Positions 52,120 to 63,268 of a DNA stretch of 64,000 nt are shown in pieces (the first letter of the stretch is position 1; every line of letters starts with the position of its first letter). Origin of the DNA: a virus. A model generated the notes under the pieces. The model had not been told where the DNA came from. It searched no databases and saw only the letters and a program-made list of their open reading frames with translations. The position numbers were made by a program, and so were the translations under genes. The DNA is taken from the IMG/VR virus record IMGVR_UViG_3300045988_084761; one strand, 5' to 3'.

Positions 52120-54009
52120 ATGGCTGGAAAATTATATGATGAAAAAAGTATTGAATCTCTTTCTCCTCTTGAATTTACTCGTTTAAGACCCGGAGTTTAT
52201 TGCGGAGACACATCTACTTCCACGCAGTTAGTTGTAGAGATTGTCTCTAATGCTGTTGATGAATTTAGATTAGGTCATGGAAATTTAATCACAGTAGAAA
52301 TCCATGGAGCAAGAGTCACAGTTGGTGATCAGGGACAAGGATTCATTCCAAATTCTTTTAGAGAAGATGGAAAGACAATTCTTGAAGCTGCTTTTAGTGT
52401 TTTAAACACAAGCGGAAAATATAGAGAAGATGGAACTTATGAAGGTACTTCTTTAGGTAGCTTTGGTATCGGTAGTAAACTCGCTACTTATCTCAGTCAC
52501 GAATTAATTGTTACAACATATAGAGATGGACAGGGAGAGCGAATCACTTTTAATGAGGGAGTTTTCGCAGATAGAGATTCTACTGAGGTTGATAAAAATA
52601 TTCATGGAACTTCTGTATTCTGGAGAGCAAGCGAGGAGTTTTTCACTGATCCTCGTCCAGATGTAAAGGCTCTAACTGAACTGTTTAAAACTATTGTATG
52701 TCTCTGTCCGGGTTTAACTATCAAGCTCGATAACAACGGAGAAAAAACAGAATTCTTCTCAAAGAATGGTCTAATGGATTTACTAGACGAGGCCGTTAAA
52801 GGGAAAGAGATCTTAAAAAATCGTCTATCAATTAATTTTTCCGAAGCTAAAAATAAGTTGGATTTAGCTCTAACTTATACAAATAATTATTCTTCTACCA
52901 TTGTTCCTTATGTTAATACTGGTTTAACAGAAACAGGTCCACATATTACGCAAATTAAAACCCTTTTAACAAGAGAAATGAATAAGTTTTTCCGTGAAAA
53001 AGGGTGGTTAAAAGAAAAAGACGATAATCTTACTGGCGAAGACTGTCAAGAAGGAATGTATCTCGTCTTTAATATTACCGCCCCCAATGTAGCCTACGAC
53101 GCACAGGTTAAGTCAAGAATCACAAAACTTGATATGAAACCATTTACGCAAGCAATAGCAGAGGAATTGCAATATTGGTTTGCAGCAAACGAAAAAGATA
53201 TAAAAGGAATCGCGGACAAGGCGCTTAATGCGCGTAAAGCTAGAGAAGCAGCCAGAAAAGCTAGAGAAGCAGCCAGAGGATTAAAGCCTAAAAAAGAAAA
53301 TGGACTAAAGGCAAAAATGCAAATTAGTAATAAATTTATTGATTGCATAAACAAAAATCCCAAAGAGCGAAATTTACTTCTCGTAGAGGGTTTGTCTGCT
53401 GGCGCTTCTGCCGTAGAAGCCCGCAATCCAAAAACAGACTGTATTTATATGCTAAGAGGTAAAATTATTTCTCCCTTGAAAACTGCCATAGAGAAGATTT
53501 TATCTAACCAAGAAATGTCTGATGTAGTTAGAGTTATAGGTGGTGGATTTGGTACTTCTTTTGATGTATCAAAGATAAACTTTGATAAAGTAGTTATTAC
53601 CGCTGATGCTGATAGCGATGGAGCAGATATTGAGCTAATGCTTATTACATTCTTTTTTACTTATATGCGTCCATTGGTAGAGGCAGGTAAGCTATATCGA
53701 GCTGTAACCCCCTTATATATTGTTCGCCAAAGAGGAAACGAATACTACTGTTACTCTGACGATGAGCTAGAAGAGTGGAAAAAAAGTCATAATGGCTCTT
53801 ATGATATTTTAAGAGCAAAAGGACTCGGAGAATTAAATCCAGAAGATTTGCAGAAAGTTTGCTTCATGAACGAAAGATATAAGAGAATCACTATCTCTGA
53901 TGCAGAAGAGGCTACAAAGCTATTAAATGTCCTTATGGGTAGTGCAGTTGAACCTAGAAAGCAATATATTTATGACAATGCCAATGAGCTTGGATTTAAT
54001 TTTGATTAA
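52120..54009 (+). CDS. type IIA DNA topoisomerase, ATPase (GyrB/ParE-like; T4 gp39-like) subunit
   Basis: GHKL ATPase N-domain (EIVSNAVDE, GDQGQGF). TOPRIM region. Confidence 0.75.
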   Translation: MAGKLYDEKSIESLSPLEFTRLRPGVYCGDTSTSTQLVVEIVSNAVDEFRLGHGNLITVEIHGARVTVGDQGQGFIPNSFREDGKTILEAAFSVLNTSGKYREDGTYEGTSLGSFGIGSKLATYLSHELIVTTYRDGQGERITFNEGVFADRDSTEVDKNIHGTSVFWRASEEFFTDPRPDVKALTELFKTIVCLCPGLTIKLDNNGEKTEFFSKNGLMDLLDEAVKGKEILKNRLSINFSEAKNKLDLALTYTNNYSSTIVPYVNTGLTETGPHITQIKTLLTREMNKFFREKGWLKEKDDNLTGEDCQEGMYLVFNITAPNVAYDAQVKSRITKLDMKPFTQAIAEELQYWFAANEKDIKGIADKALNARKAREAARKAREAARGLKPKKENGLKAKMQISNKFIDCINKNPKERNLLLVEGLSAGASAVEARNPKTDCIYMLRGKIISPLKTAIEKILSNQEMSDVVRVIGGGFGTSFDVSKINFDKVVITADADSDGADIELMLITFFFTYMRPLVEAGKLYRAVTPLYIVRQRGNEYYCYSDDELEEWKKSHNGSYDILRAKGLGELNPEDLQKVCFMNERYKRITISDAEEATKLLNVLMGSAVEPRKQYIYDNANELGFNFD

Positions 54010-54026
54010 ATGATGGTGGTGGAATA

Positions 54027-56390
54027 ATGAGTTTAATTACTGAAGTTGATATTCTTGATGAAGCTAAAGAAAACTTCTTAACTTATGCAGAAGAGGTTCT
54101 TACTGATAGAGCTATCCCAGCCGCAGAAGATGGACTTCTAAGCGCCCAAAGAAAAATTCTTTGGACTATGGAAGATTATTTAAAGATGGATAATAAGAGT
54201 AAAACAAAAAAGTGTAATGCTATTGTTGGCTCTACTCTTGCAACATCTTACTTCCATGGTGATATAGCTTGCTATGGCGTTTTGAGAAAAATGGCTCAAT
54301 CATTTTTAATGAGATACCCACTGATTACAGGTCAGGGGCAACTGGGAACTCAAGAAAATAATGATATGTTTTCATCCTCTCGTTATACAGAGGCTAAACC
54401 TTCATTATTTGCTGATTTAATGATGAATGACTACAAGAAGGAAGTCGTTCCAGTTAAAGAAACTTATAATGGAGAATTTATGGAACCTGTAGTTCTTCCT
54501 TCTTTATTTCCTAATGCTATCTGTAACGGACGACAAGCTATCGGAATTTCTATGGCGCATAATTCAGCCCCGCATAATTTAACAGAGGTATGTAACGCAG
54601 CCATTGCTCTAATCGAAAAGGGCGATCTTACTATTGATGAATTGCTTTCTTATATGCCCGGGCCAGATTTCCCTCTTGGCGGAACTGTCCTAAATATCAA
54701 AGATATAAAGTCCGCATTTGAAACTGGAAAATCAAAAATCTCTCTTAAAATTCAAGGCGACTATGAGATAGATGGGCAAACAATTACCTTTACAAGTATC
54801 CCTTATCGAACTTACAGAAACAAGATAAAGGAGCAAATTGAAAAGAATATAGACACATTTAGTGAGCTATTGGATGATTTCGATGATGAATCCAATATTG
54901 GGCAAAATAAGTTAGTATTCCATATAAAATCTGGTGTATCTGTTTCTAAAGCTCTTAATACCTTATTCCTGCTAACTGATTTACAATCTACTCTATCATA
55001 CAATATGAATTATATTGTAAATGGAACTCCTAAATTATGCTCAATGCTGGATTTGCTTAAAGAATACATTAAACATCAAGAGACTGTATTAATTAGCGCT
55101 ACTAAATTTGATAAAGAGAAAGCCGAAGCAAGAGCACACGTTCTTGAAGGGCTAATCGCCGCAGTTGATAAAATTGATGAAGTAATCAGTTTAATTAAGC
55201 AGTCTGCGGGAAGGGCAGATGCGAAAGCAAAGTTGATTGAGTTCTTATCTGTTGATGATATTCAAGCTGGTGCCATCTTGGATATGAAATTAGGAAAACT
55301 TACAAGAATTGATAAGGATGAATTAATAAATGAGCTTCAAGAAAAGAGAAGTTTTATTGCTCAATGTGTAGAAATTCTAACAAAGCAAGAAGTTAGAAAT
55401 CTTAAACTTACTGCTAAAATTAAAGAACTTCGAGATAAATATGGTGATGCCAGAAGAACAAAACTTCTAAATACCGATATTCCTAAGGCTGAGAAAGAGC
55501 AAGTAGTAGTAGAAGCCAAAGACTGTATGGTAATAGTAACAAAAAAGAATACCGTAAAAAGAATAGATATAAAGAATTTTAAGTCTCAGAAGAGAAATAC
55601 TACTGGGGTAAAGACCAATGGAGATATTACAGTATTTTCACAAAAAACCAATACACAAGATATGTTGATGGTCTTTTCTTCAAAAGGAAAAATGTATCGT
55701 GTCCTTGTTGATAATATTCCCGAGGGAACTAATACTTCTGTTGGCACTCCGTTATCAGCAATTATTGAATTTGAAGATAATGAAGTTCCTATTGCTTATA
55801 CTACTTTAGCAAGAGATACAGATAAAAAGTTTATATTCTTTGCTACAAAACGAGGAATTATTAAAAAGGTTCCCTTAGAAGAGTATGATGCAATGAAGAG
55901 AACCGGTATCGTTGCTATTAAGCTAAAAGAAAACGACGAGCTTTCTTCAATCACATTTATCAATCAAGAGGAAATGATGTTAGTTACAAAGAATGGTATG
56001 GTTATTAGATTCCCAACTGCGGAAATGCCAATTTCTTCCAGAACCGCGCAAGGAGTTAAGGGCATGAATGTTGCAGAAGATGATTATGTAATTGCAGCAT
56101 TGCCTATCGACCAATCTAAATATTTGGCTATTGTTTCTTCTAACGGATTAGGAAAAAAGGTTGAGTTAAAAGAATTTACATTGCAAAACCGTGGAGGAAA
56201 GGGCATCTCCTGTTATAAAGGTGCTATCTCGGGTGCAGAGTTAGTGAATGATGATGATCTGATTTTAATTTCTGGAAATAAAACTTCTATAGTTATTAAA
56301 GTGTCAGATTTTCCTTTGTTAAATAGAACTTCTATGGGAAATATTATGCTGAAAGATAATGAGCAAATAATTTCAACATCTAAGATTTAA
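54027..56390 (+). CDS. type IIA DNA topoisomerase, DNA breakage-reunion (GyrA/ParC-like; T4 gp52-like) subunit
   Basis: 787 aa, immediately downstream of the ATPase subunit. AQRKILW... N-terminal region typical of the A subunit. Confidence 0.7.
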   Translation: MSLITEVDILDEAKENFLTYAEEVLTDRAIPAAEDGLLSAQRKILWTMEDYLKMDNKSKTKKCNAIVGSTLATSYFHGDIACYGVLRKMAQSFLMRYPLITGQGQLGTQENNDMFSSSRYTEAKPSLFADLMMNDYKKEVVPVKETYNGEFMEPVVLPSLFPNAICNGRQAIGISMAHNSAPHNLTEVCNAAIALIEKGDLTIDELLSYMPGPDFPLGGTVLNIKDIKSAFETGKSKISLKIQGDYEIDGQTITFTSIPYRTYRNKIKEQIEKNIDTFSELLDDFDDESNIGQNKLVFHIKSGVSVSKALNTLFLLTDLQSTLSYNMNYIVNGTPKLCSMLDLLKEYIKHQETVLISATKFDKEKAEARAHVLEGLIAAVDKIDEVISLIKQSAGRADAKAKLIEFLSVDDIQAGAILDMKLGKLTRIDKDELINELQEKRSFIAQCVEILTKQEVRNLKLTAKIKELRDKYGDARRTKLLNTDIPKAEKEQVVVEAKDCMVIVTKKNTVKRIDIKNFKSQKRNTTGVKTNGDITVFSQKTNTQDMLMVFSSKGKMYRVLVDNIPEGTNTSVGTPLSAIIEFEDNEVPIAYTTLARDTDKKFIFFATKRGIIKKVPLEEYDAMKRTGIVAIKLKENDELSSITFINQEEMMLVTKNGMVIRFPTAEMPISSRTAQGVKGMNVAEDDYVIAALPIDQSKYLAIVSSNGLGKKVELKEFTLQNRGGKGISCYKGAISGAELVNDDDLILISGNKTSIVIKVSDFPLLNRTSMGNIMLKDNEQIISTSKI

Positions 56391-56430
56391 AGATAAGAGT
56401 AGCTTTGCTACTCTTATCTTTAGTTGACTT
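56391..56430 (+). terminator. Rho-independent terminator
   Basis: agataagagtagc-tttg-ctactcttatct followed by a T-run. Confidence 0.7.
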
Positions 56431-56496
56431 TTATTTTTAATAAGAATATAATATTATATATAATAAAAGTAATATTATAATAAGAAAGGTTATAGT

Positions 56497-56691
56497 ATGG
56501 ACGATAGAGATAAATTAAAAAAGATTGCTCTCTTTGCTCTAGCGGGTATTGTTATATTATTTGTAATAATGATTTCTATTGCATTACCACTTATTCTAAT
56601 GATTAAAGTTAGTGTTTGGTTTATACTCCTCTACGCAATTCCTATCGGGGCGTTTTTGGGAGTGTATGTTTATTATGAGGAGTTTGATTAA
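56497..56691 (+). CDS. small membrane protein (64 aa)
   Basis: Two hydrophobic segments. Confidence 0.4.
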   Translation: MDDRDKLKKIALFALAGIVILFVIMISIALPLILMIKVSVWFILLYAIPIGAFLGVYVYYEEFD

Positions 56692-57779
56692 TGTATCCTG
56701 AAGCTAAAATGATAGATGCAATGAAGGTATGGAAACTTCCTTCTGGAAAAGAATCTATGCTTTCAGAAATTTGCCAGTCTGGAGACTACTTCCTAGAAGA
56801 AAAGATTGACGGCTATTGGTATGAGTATGAAAAAACAGAGAATTATAGCTATCTTTTTTCGCGAAATACCAGTACCACAACAGGGCTGCTCTCCGAAAAA
56901 GGAGCTAATGTTCCCCATATTATGGAAGCTCTTGATTGTATGCCTCCTAATACAATTTTAATAGGAGAAATATATTACCCTGGGTGTACTTCTAAAACAG
57001 TAACAACTGTTATGGGATGTTTACCAGAACTAGCTGTTAAAAGACAAGCAAATAATCCAATTCATTATTATATACATGATATAATTGAGTATGATGGAAT
57101 TAACTTAATTAATCTGGGCGCAGAAGATAGATATAAGATTCTTACTGGTGTATGGAATAGACATAATTTATCTCAATATGATTTCTTGAAATTGGCTCTA
57201 AAGATTACTGAAAATCTTGAAGAAGAGATTTCTAAAATCTTAAACTCTGGAGGAGAAGGAGCTGTTTTAAAGAAAAAGGATTATCCATATACTCCGGGTA
57301 AACGTCCAGCTTGGTCTACAGTAAAAGTCAAACAAATGGATTCTATTGATTTAGTTTGCACAGGTCTCTGTCCTCCAACAAAGGAATACACTGGGAAAGA
57401 GCTAGATACATGGCCATATTGGGAAAGTCCTGATGGTGAGCTATGTGATTTTATTGATGCTGTACCTAAAGGAGACTTAATCACGGAAGGGTATGTTCCA
57501 ATAACTAAATACTATTATAATGGCTGGAAATCAGCTATTAAAATTGGAGCATACGATAATGATAATAATTTAGTTGATCTTGGCACAGTTAGCTCAGGTA
57601 TTACGGATGATATGAAAAGGCTAATGACAGAGTTTCCAGGAAACTTTGTTGGACACGTAGTAGCTCTTGATTGTATGTCCATCAATAGAAAAGATCATAC
57701 CCTACGACACCCTGTTTTCAAATGTATGAGGGATGATAAGGATGCTAAAGACTGTCTCATAGATGAAATTTTTAAATAA
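56691..57779 (+). CDS. ATP-dependent DNA ligase (KxDG nucleotidyltransferase)
   Basis: Motif I EEKIDGY. 362 aa. Confidence 0.6.
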   Translation: MYPEAKMIDAMKVWKLPSGKESMLSEICQSGDYFLEEKIDGYWYEYEKTENYSYLFSRNTSTTTGLLSEKGANVPHIMEALDCMPPNTILIGEIYYPGCTSKTVTTVMGCLPELAVKRQANNPIHYYIHDIIEYDGINLINLGAEDRYKILTGVWNRHNLSQYDFLKLALKITENLEEEISKILNSGGEGAVLKKKDYPYTPGKRPAWSTVKVKQMDSIDLVCTGLCPPTKEYTGKELDTWPYWESPDGELCDFIDAVPKGDLITEGYVPITKYYYNGWKSAIKIGAYDNDNNLVDLGTVSSGITDDMKRLMTEFPGNFVGHVVALDCMSINRKDHTLRHPVFKCMRDDKDAKDCLIDEIFK

Positions 57780-58086
57780 ATCTGTTTGACACTAAAATAA
57801 AATTATTGTATTATATATTTGTAATTCAGGGATAAAGGATAGAAATTATATGACCCGAAAATAGATGAAAAAGCTCGCTAAAGAACTATATTAGTGTGAG
57901 CAAATTCACCAAAATGAATCTTCCTCAAAAGAGGAAAAATCCCGGGCTGAAAATCGAATTATGCAAATCACTAATTAGATTATGGCATTGAATGACGGGA
58001 TAAATATTTTGCTAGAAATTGATGTTATGGTTCAAGATTTAGCAACACAACAATAAATAATATATTTTAAAGGAGAATGTCTAATT

Positions 58087-58353
58087 ATGGCAGCTATGAA
58101 AGAAAATACTCGTAAGGTTTTAGATTATTTAAAGGAAAACAATGATACTAATTTGACAGCCGCAGATGTTGCTGAAGCTCTCGGTCTTGAGAAGCGTCAA
58201 GTTGATGGTATCTTTACTTCTGCGTTCCAGCGCAAGGGATTGGGCGAGCGCGTTCCCGATGAAGTAACTCTTGAGGATGGTTCCCATCAGAAGGTAAAGT
58301 ATCTTCGTCTTACCCAGAGTGGTCTTGATCTAGATCCCGACGCACAAGAGTAA
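58087..58353 (+). CDS. hypothetical protein (88 aa)
   Basis: RBS aaggagaatg. Terminator follows. Confidence 0.5.
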   Translation: MAAMKENTRKVLDYLKENNDTNLTAADVAEALGLEKRQVDGIFTSAFQRKGLGERVPDEVTLEDGSHQKVKYLRLTQSGLDLDPDAQE

Positions 58354-58360
58354 TGTCTAT

Positions 58361-58392
58361 CGGGAAGAGTTTTAACTCTTCCCGATTTTTTA
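58361..58392 (+). terminator. Rho-independent terminator
   Basis: cgggaagagtt-ttaa-ctcttcccg followed by a T-run. Confidence 0.75.
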
Positions 58393-58395
58393 ATT

Positions 58396-59307
58396 ATGAT
58401 TATAGGATTATTATTAATAGCTATAATCGGGTTAATAATTTATATCTATTATCTCAAAAAGCAAACCCTTGAAGTAGTTTAGATTAACACAGATAATCAA
58501 AGAAAAAACGCTGAAATAGAAAAAGAAATAGCACACAATAGAGAAGTGTTATCTAACATAAAAAATAATATAACATTTGAGAACGATATTCTTTCTTCTT
58601 TATTAAAATCTTAGGAAGAAATGCGGGAAAGTGCTTAGAAACAAGCTGATGAAGCCTATTAGGCACGCGTCTCCGCACTTATAAAATCTTATAAAGAAAA
58701 GGAATAGGAACTTTCTTTGACTTTTGATGCTAAAAATCAAGATTTACTAAAGAAAATTTCTATTGAAGCCGGAAAATTAGCTGATTTATAGGCTAAGTAG
58801 CTTTCCTATATTTAGGCCAAATAGAGATAGGAAGAAATTGATTCTAATCAAGATTATTATCGTCTTGCTCTTGATGAAATAGATGTTAATGATATTACGT
58901 TACTGCGTGAATTACAACCAAGATTTGTAAAGAAGGAAAGCATAGATAAACTAATATGGGAAGTATATTATAAGCCAGCTTATGATATTTTAATGGCCCA
59001 TCTGTTTCCCAAAGCAGTTAAATATTGCGGTATCTATAGAATAACTGATTTAACTACGGGCAAGTCCTATATTGGACAATCGGTTGATATAAAAGAACGA
59101 TTTAGATAGCATATTAAATCTGCTTTAACCTATGGAAAGGTAACTAATAAGTTATACTCTGCTATGCAGAAATCTGGAGTTCATAATTTCGTGTTTGAAG
59201 TCTTAGAAGAAGTAACCAGAGACAAACTAAACGAGAGAGAAACCTATTGGATTGAGTTCTATAAGACTAAAGAATTAGGTCTTAATGGAACTAAAGGAGG
59301 AGCTTAA
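58396..59307 (+). CDS. GIY-YIG homing endonuclease (303 aa) containing ~11 in-frame TAG codons
   Basis: C-terminal GIYRITDLTTGKSYIGQSVDIKERFR*H...Y...N..G...E..YWIEFYKT is the GIY-YIG catalytic core. The frame from ATG 58396 to TAA 59305 is interrupted only by TAGs. Confidence 0.55.
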
Positions 59308-59585
59308 TGTTTAGAATTATTGGTGATAGATGTACGGGAAAAACTCATCAACTAATGCAATACGCTAAGGATAATGATGCTATATTCGTATGTAGTAACC
59401 CTCACTCAATGAGAAGTAAAGCAGAAAGTTATGGAATTATTGGACTTAGATTTATGAATTATTCAGAATATTTAAATCACAGCAGAGGAATGAAGGATAA
59501 GGTTGTAATAGATGAAGCAGAAACATTATTGCGATTGATAAATCCTTCTATGAAACTTATTGGATATAATTTAAGTGAGGAATAA
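59307..59585 (+). CDS. hypothetical protein with P-loop-like GDRCTGKT (92 aa)
   Basis: ATG overlaps the upstream stop (TAATG). Confidence 0.45.
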   Translation: MFRIIGDRCTGKTHQLMQYAKDNDAIFVCSNPHSMRSKAESYGIIGLRFMNYSEYLNHSRGMKDKVVIDEAETLLRLINPSMKLIGYNLSEE

Positions 59586-59587
59586 TT

Positions 59588-60214
59588 ATGAAGATTATTA
59601 AGCCAGACGTTGAACTTATTACACCTATTGATGGTGAAACAATCCTTAAACGAATTGAATAGTGCGGTAGAGTATGTTATAAATCCGAGGATAAGATTAC
59701 AGAAGATAGTGCTGTAAAATTCGTATAGAATATTATCAAGAGAGGCCATGAGGCAGTTCTTGAACATTGTTCTTTTACCCTTAAATTTATTTGTGATAGA
59801 GGCGTAAGTCATGAAATTGTGCGGCATAGATTAGCAGCCTATTGTTAGGAATCTACAAGATATTGCAATTACTCAAAAGATGGATTCGGAAATGAAATCA
59901 CGGTAATTGAACCTTGTTATCTTGAACCGAATAGTTCAAAATATATGCTATGGGAAATGTCTTGTGCGGAATCTGAAAAGAAATATTTTGAGCTTTTGTT
60001 CGAAGGCTGCACTCCACAAGAAGCAAGAGCAGTTCTGCCTAATAGTTTAAAAACTGAGGTAGTTATGACTGCGGACTTGCGTGAGTGGCGACATTTCTTC
60101 AAGCTTCGTTGCTCTCCAGCCGCGCATCCACAAATGAGAGAAGTTGCAATCCTCGGTTTGAATAAAGTCAAGGAAAAGATTCCTGTAATTTTTGATGATA
60201 TTACTCCTGATTGA
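59588..60214 (+). CDS. thyX: FAD-dependent thymidylate synthase ThyX, with 3 in-frame TAGs
   Basis: ThyX signature EIVRHR(x7)S plus RY. Frame is continuous from ATG 59588 except for TAGs. Confidence 0.65.
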
Positions 60215-60261
60215 CAATCTTTATTTTATATGTTATTATATGTATATAAAATAAAGAGGAA

Positions 60262-60663
60262 ATGATTATGAGTAAATGTAAAAACTTTTTAGATTATTTT
60301 GATTGGCTTGTAGCTAATTACCAAGAGCCAATCACTATTCCAGATGAAGTGCAAGAATTTTATAATATTCTTCGCTCACAGCAAGATATGCAGGTTGAGA
60401 AACCTCTCTTTACAGAAACTGGATTACAAATTCTTGAACATCTTCAAAAACATGAGGCGAAATCCTTAAAAGCAAAGGATATTGCAGATGGAATGGAGAT
60501 TTCCTCAAGAAAAGTATCTGGCTCAATCAGAAAACTAGTGTCAGATGGTTTCGTAGAAAAATTTGGTTCTAATCCTGTTGTCTATACCCTGACAGAAAAA
60601 GGTAAAAACTTTGATATTGAGAAATATAAAGGAGAATTAAGTAATGAGCAAGAAAATGATTAA
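60262..60663 (+). CDS. MarR-like winged-helix transcription regulator
   Basis: LQILEHL...LKAKDIADGMEISSRKVSGSIRKLVSDGFVEK. Confidence 0.55.
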   Translation: MIMSKCKNFLDYFDWLVANYQEPITIPDEVQEFYNILRSQQDMQVEKPLFTETGLQILEHLQKHEAKSLKAKDIADGMEISSRKVSGSIRKLVSDGFVEKFGSNPVVYTLTEKGKNFDIEKYKGELSNEQEND

Positions 60664-61600
60664 TAACACTCACATCGAAGGGTATGTCTATGAACATAAA
60701 CTTGAAAAGAAGGTTTCTGGAGAGAACTCTAAAAATCCTGGAACCGAATTTATTAATGGTATCTTGAGAATTGCTACAGACGATGATATGCTGAATGTTG
60801 TTGATGTTCATTTTAGCTATGTAACTGAGACAACCAAGAATGGTAAAGCAAATTCAACCTATGGAGTTCTTTTGAATATCATTGATGGAAAGATTGGTTC
60901 CGTAATGGAGCATGGTAAGGAAAACGCAGGAAAGATTCGCGTTGATTCCGCTATTGGGCTAAATGAGTGGTATGATAATAATACTAATGGTCACCCTCTT
61001 GTAAGTGTCAAGAGAAATGAGGGCGGATTCGTCCATGTAACTCAAGAGCTGGCAGAAGAGAAGAATCGTGCTACTTTTGATGTCGATATGGTAATTACAG
61101 GAGTATTGCGCGCAGAAGCAGATGAAGAGCGTGATCTTCCTGAGAAGGTTACTGTAAAGGGATGCGTATTTGATTTCCGTGGAGCACTTCTTCCTGTTGA
61201 GTTTAGTGTATATGCTCCATATGCACCGGAAAAGGCTTTGGATTACTTCGAGAATTTGGGAGCCACTTCTAGCTCTCCTGTCTTTACTAGAGTGCAGGGA
61301 ATTCAAGTATCTAAGACTGTAGTTCGTAAAGTTGAGGAAGAGAGCGCTTTTGGCGACTCCAGAGTAAAAGAAGTCCGTAACTCTCAGCGTGATTTTGTAA
61401 TTAACTGGGCACAGCCTGACATTTATGAGTGGGATAGTGAGGAAACTCTTCTCGTATCTGAGCTTAATGAAAAGATGGCCGCGCGTGAGGTTACTCTTGC
61501 TGAGATTAAAAAGCGTCAAGATGAGTATCAAGCAACAAAGGGTAATGCTCTAAGTGGAGCATCTACTGCTGCTCCTGCAAAGGGAGAATATAAATTCTAA
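60644..61600 (+). CDS. hypothetical protein (318 aa), possibly ssDNA-binding (adjacent to the Sak4-like ATPase)
   Basis: Long ORF. Functional call is by position only. Confidence 0.5.
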   Translation: MSKKMINNTHIEGYVYEHKLEKKVSGENSKNPGTEFINGILRIATDDDMLNVVDVHFSYVTETTKNGKANSTYGVLLNIIDGKIGSVMEHGKENAGKIRVDSAIGLNEWYDNNTNGHPLVSVKRNEGGFVHVTQELAEEKNRATFDVDMVITGVLRAEADEERDLPEKVTVKGCVFDFRGALLPVEFSVYAPYAPEKALDYFENLGATSSSPVFTRVQGIQVSKTVVRKVEEESAFGDSRVKEVRNSQRDFVINWAQPDIYEWDSEETLLVSELNEKMAAREVTLAEIKKRQDEYQATKGNALSGASTAAPAKGEYKF

Positions 61601-61656
61601 GAAAAGGGAGTTTATCTCCCTTTTCCCCTAAATATTTTGATAAGGAGCGAATATAA

Positions 61657-62637
61657 ATGAGTTTGTTAGATATTAAACCTCATGAAGTATCGAGAGATTT
61701 AAGAGGTTATTCAGTATTCTTTTATGGTGATCCAAAGAGTGGTAAAACCACTATCGCAAGCAAGTTTCCAAAAGCACTTTTACTTGCTTTTGAGAAAGGC
61801 TATAATGCATTACCTGGAGTATACGCCTAGCCAATTAATAGCTGGGGCGAATTTAAGAAACTGTTTAGTGAATTAAAAACTCCAGAAGTGCAAGAAAAAT
61901 TTCAAACTATTGTAATTGATACCGCAGACATTGCGTACGGATACTGTGAAAAGTTTATTTGTAGCAGAGAAGGTGTCGATACTATTGGTGATATTCCTTA
62001 TGGAAAAGGGTATGCACTTGTAAGTTCAGAGTTTGACGAAGCGATTCGTAAAATTCTACAACTTAACTATGGTCTTATTCTTATTTCTCACGCAAAAACA
62101 AAGACAGAAAAGAACGCAAAAGGAGAGGACGTTGCGTCATAGATTGTTCCCACTCTTGACAATAGAGGAAGATTAATTTGTGAGAGAACTTGTGATATTA
62201 TCGGATATTCTCGTTCTGTTACTAATGAATCTGGAGGAACAGAAACAAGACTCTTTATGCGTGGAACTCCGCAGTATGTTGCCGGTTCTCGTTTCAAGTA
62301 TGTACCAGAATCTATTGAATTTACATATGATAATCTTGTAAATGCAATTTCTAATGCTATTGATAGACAAGCAGAAGAAACTGGTGGACAATATATTACA
62401 AACGAAGCAACTCAAGTTGTAACAGAGGATGTAACTTATGACTTTGATACACTAATGAGTAAGTTTAACGACCTGGTTGGAGATCTTATGTCTAAAAATC
62501 AATCTAACGCTGGAAAAATTACATCTATCGTAGATAAATTTTTGGGCAAGGGCAAAAAGGTTGGAGATTGCACTCCAGACCAAGCCGAACAGTTAGATTT
62601 GATTGTTCATGAATTAGAGGAATTATCCAAGAATTAA
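61657..62637 (+). CDS. Sak4-like (AAA_24/RecA-fold) recombination ATPase with 2 in-frame TAGs
   Basis: Walker A FFYGDPKSGKTT. Walker B IVIDTAD. Frame is continuous from ATG 61657 through the TAGs to TAA 62635. Confidence 0.6.
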
Positions 62638-62642
62638 AATAT

Positions 62643-62680
62643 AAGGAAGGAGAGAAAATTCTCCTTCCTTGATTTTTTAT
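62643..62680 (+). terminator. Rho-independent terminator
   Basis: aaggaaggagag-aaaa-ttctccttcctt followed by a T-run. Confidence 0.75.
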
Positions 62681-62687
62681 CTATTTT

Positions 62688-62734
62688 ATGATATAATATT
62701 TATATAAGATTGTTATGAAAGGAGAGCGTAATGT
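62688..62734 (+). promoter_or_regulatory. conserved promoter/leader motif copy
   Basis: tgatataatatttatataagattgttatgaaaggag. Confidence 0.55.
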
Positions 62735-63268
62735 ATGGCTAAACACATGGTAAAATGTTTTTACTGTGGAGAAATATTTGATGCATCAACTACACCATAC
62801 GTTAAACCAAATTCAAGACGTTACGCTCATAAGACCTGTGCGCAAACGGCCGAGGAAAATAAAACGCAAGAAGAAAAGGATAGACAACTATTAGAAAATT
62901 ATATAAAGAAGTTATTTGGAATTAACTGTATTTCTCCAAAAATTAAAAAACAAATTGAAACCTTTAGAAAAGATAATAATTATTCATATACTGGAATGTA
63001 TAAAACTTTAAAATACTTTTTTGAGATAAAAGGTAATTCTATTGAAAAGGCTAATGGAGGAATAGGAATAGTTCCTTTTGTCTATGATGAAGCATATCTT
63101 TATTGGAGAGCATTATGGGAAGCAAGAGAAAGAAATGAGCAAATAGATATAGGAAAGTTTATTTTGCCTGTAAGAGAAGTCCATATAGAACCTCCTCAAC
63201 GGCAACCAATGAAACATATACGAAAGCTATTTACTTTCTTAAATGAGGAGGAAGCGCATGAAGAGTAA
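62735..63268 (+). CDS. zinc-finger protein (177 aa), possibly a helicase loader or replication accessory protein
   Basis: CFYCG...HKTC N-terminal zinc finger. Precedes the DnaB-like helicase. Confidence 0.5.
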   Translation: MAKHMVKCFYCGEIFDASTTPYVKPNSRRYAHKTCAQTAEENKTQEEKDRQLLENYIKKLFGINCISPKIKKQIETFRKDNNYSYTGMYKTLKYFFEIKGNSIEKANGGIGIVPFVYDEAYLYWRALWEARERNEQIDIGKFILPVREVHIEPPQRQPMKHIRKLFTFLNEEEAHEE

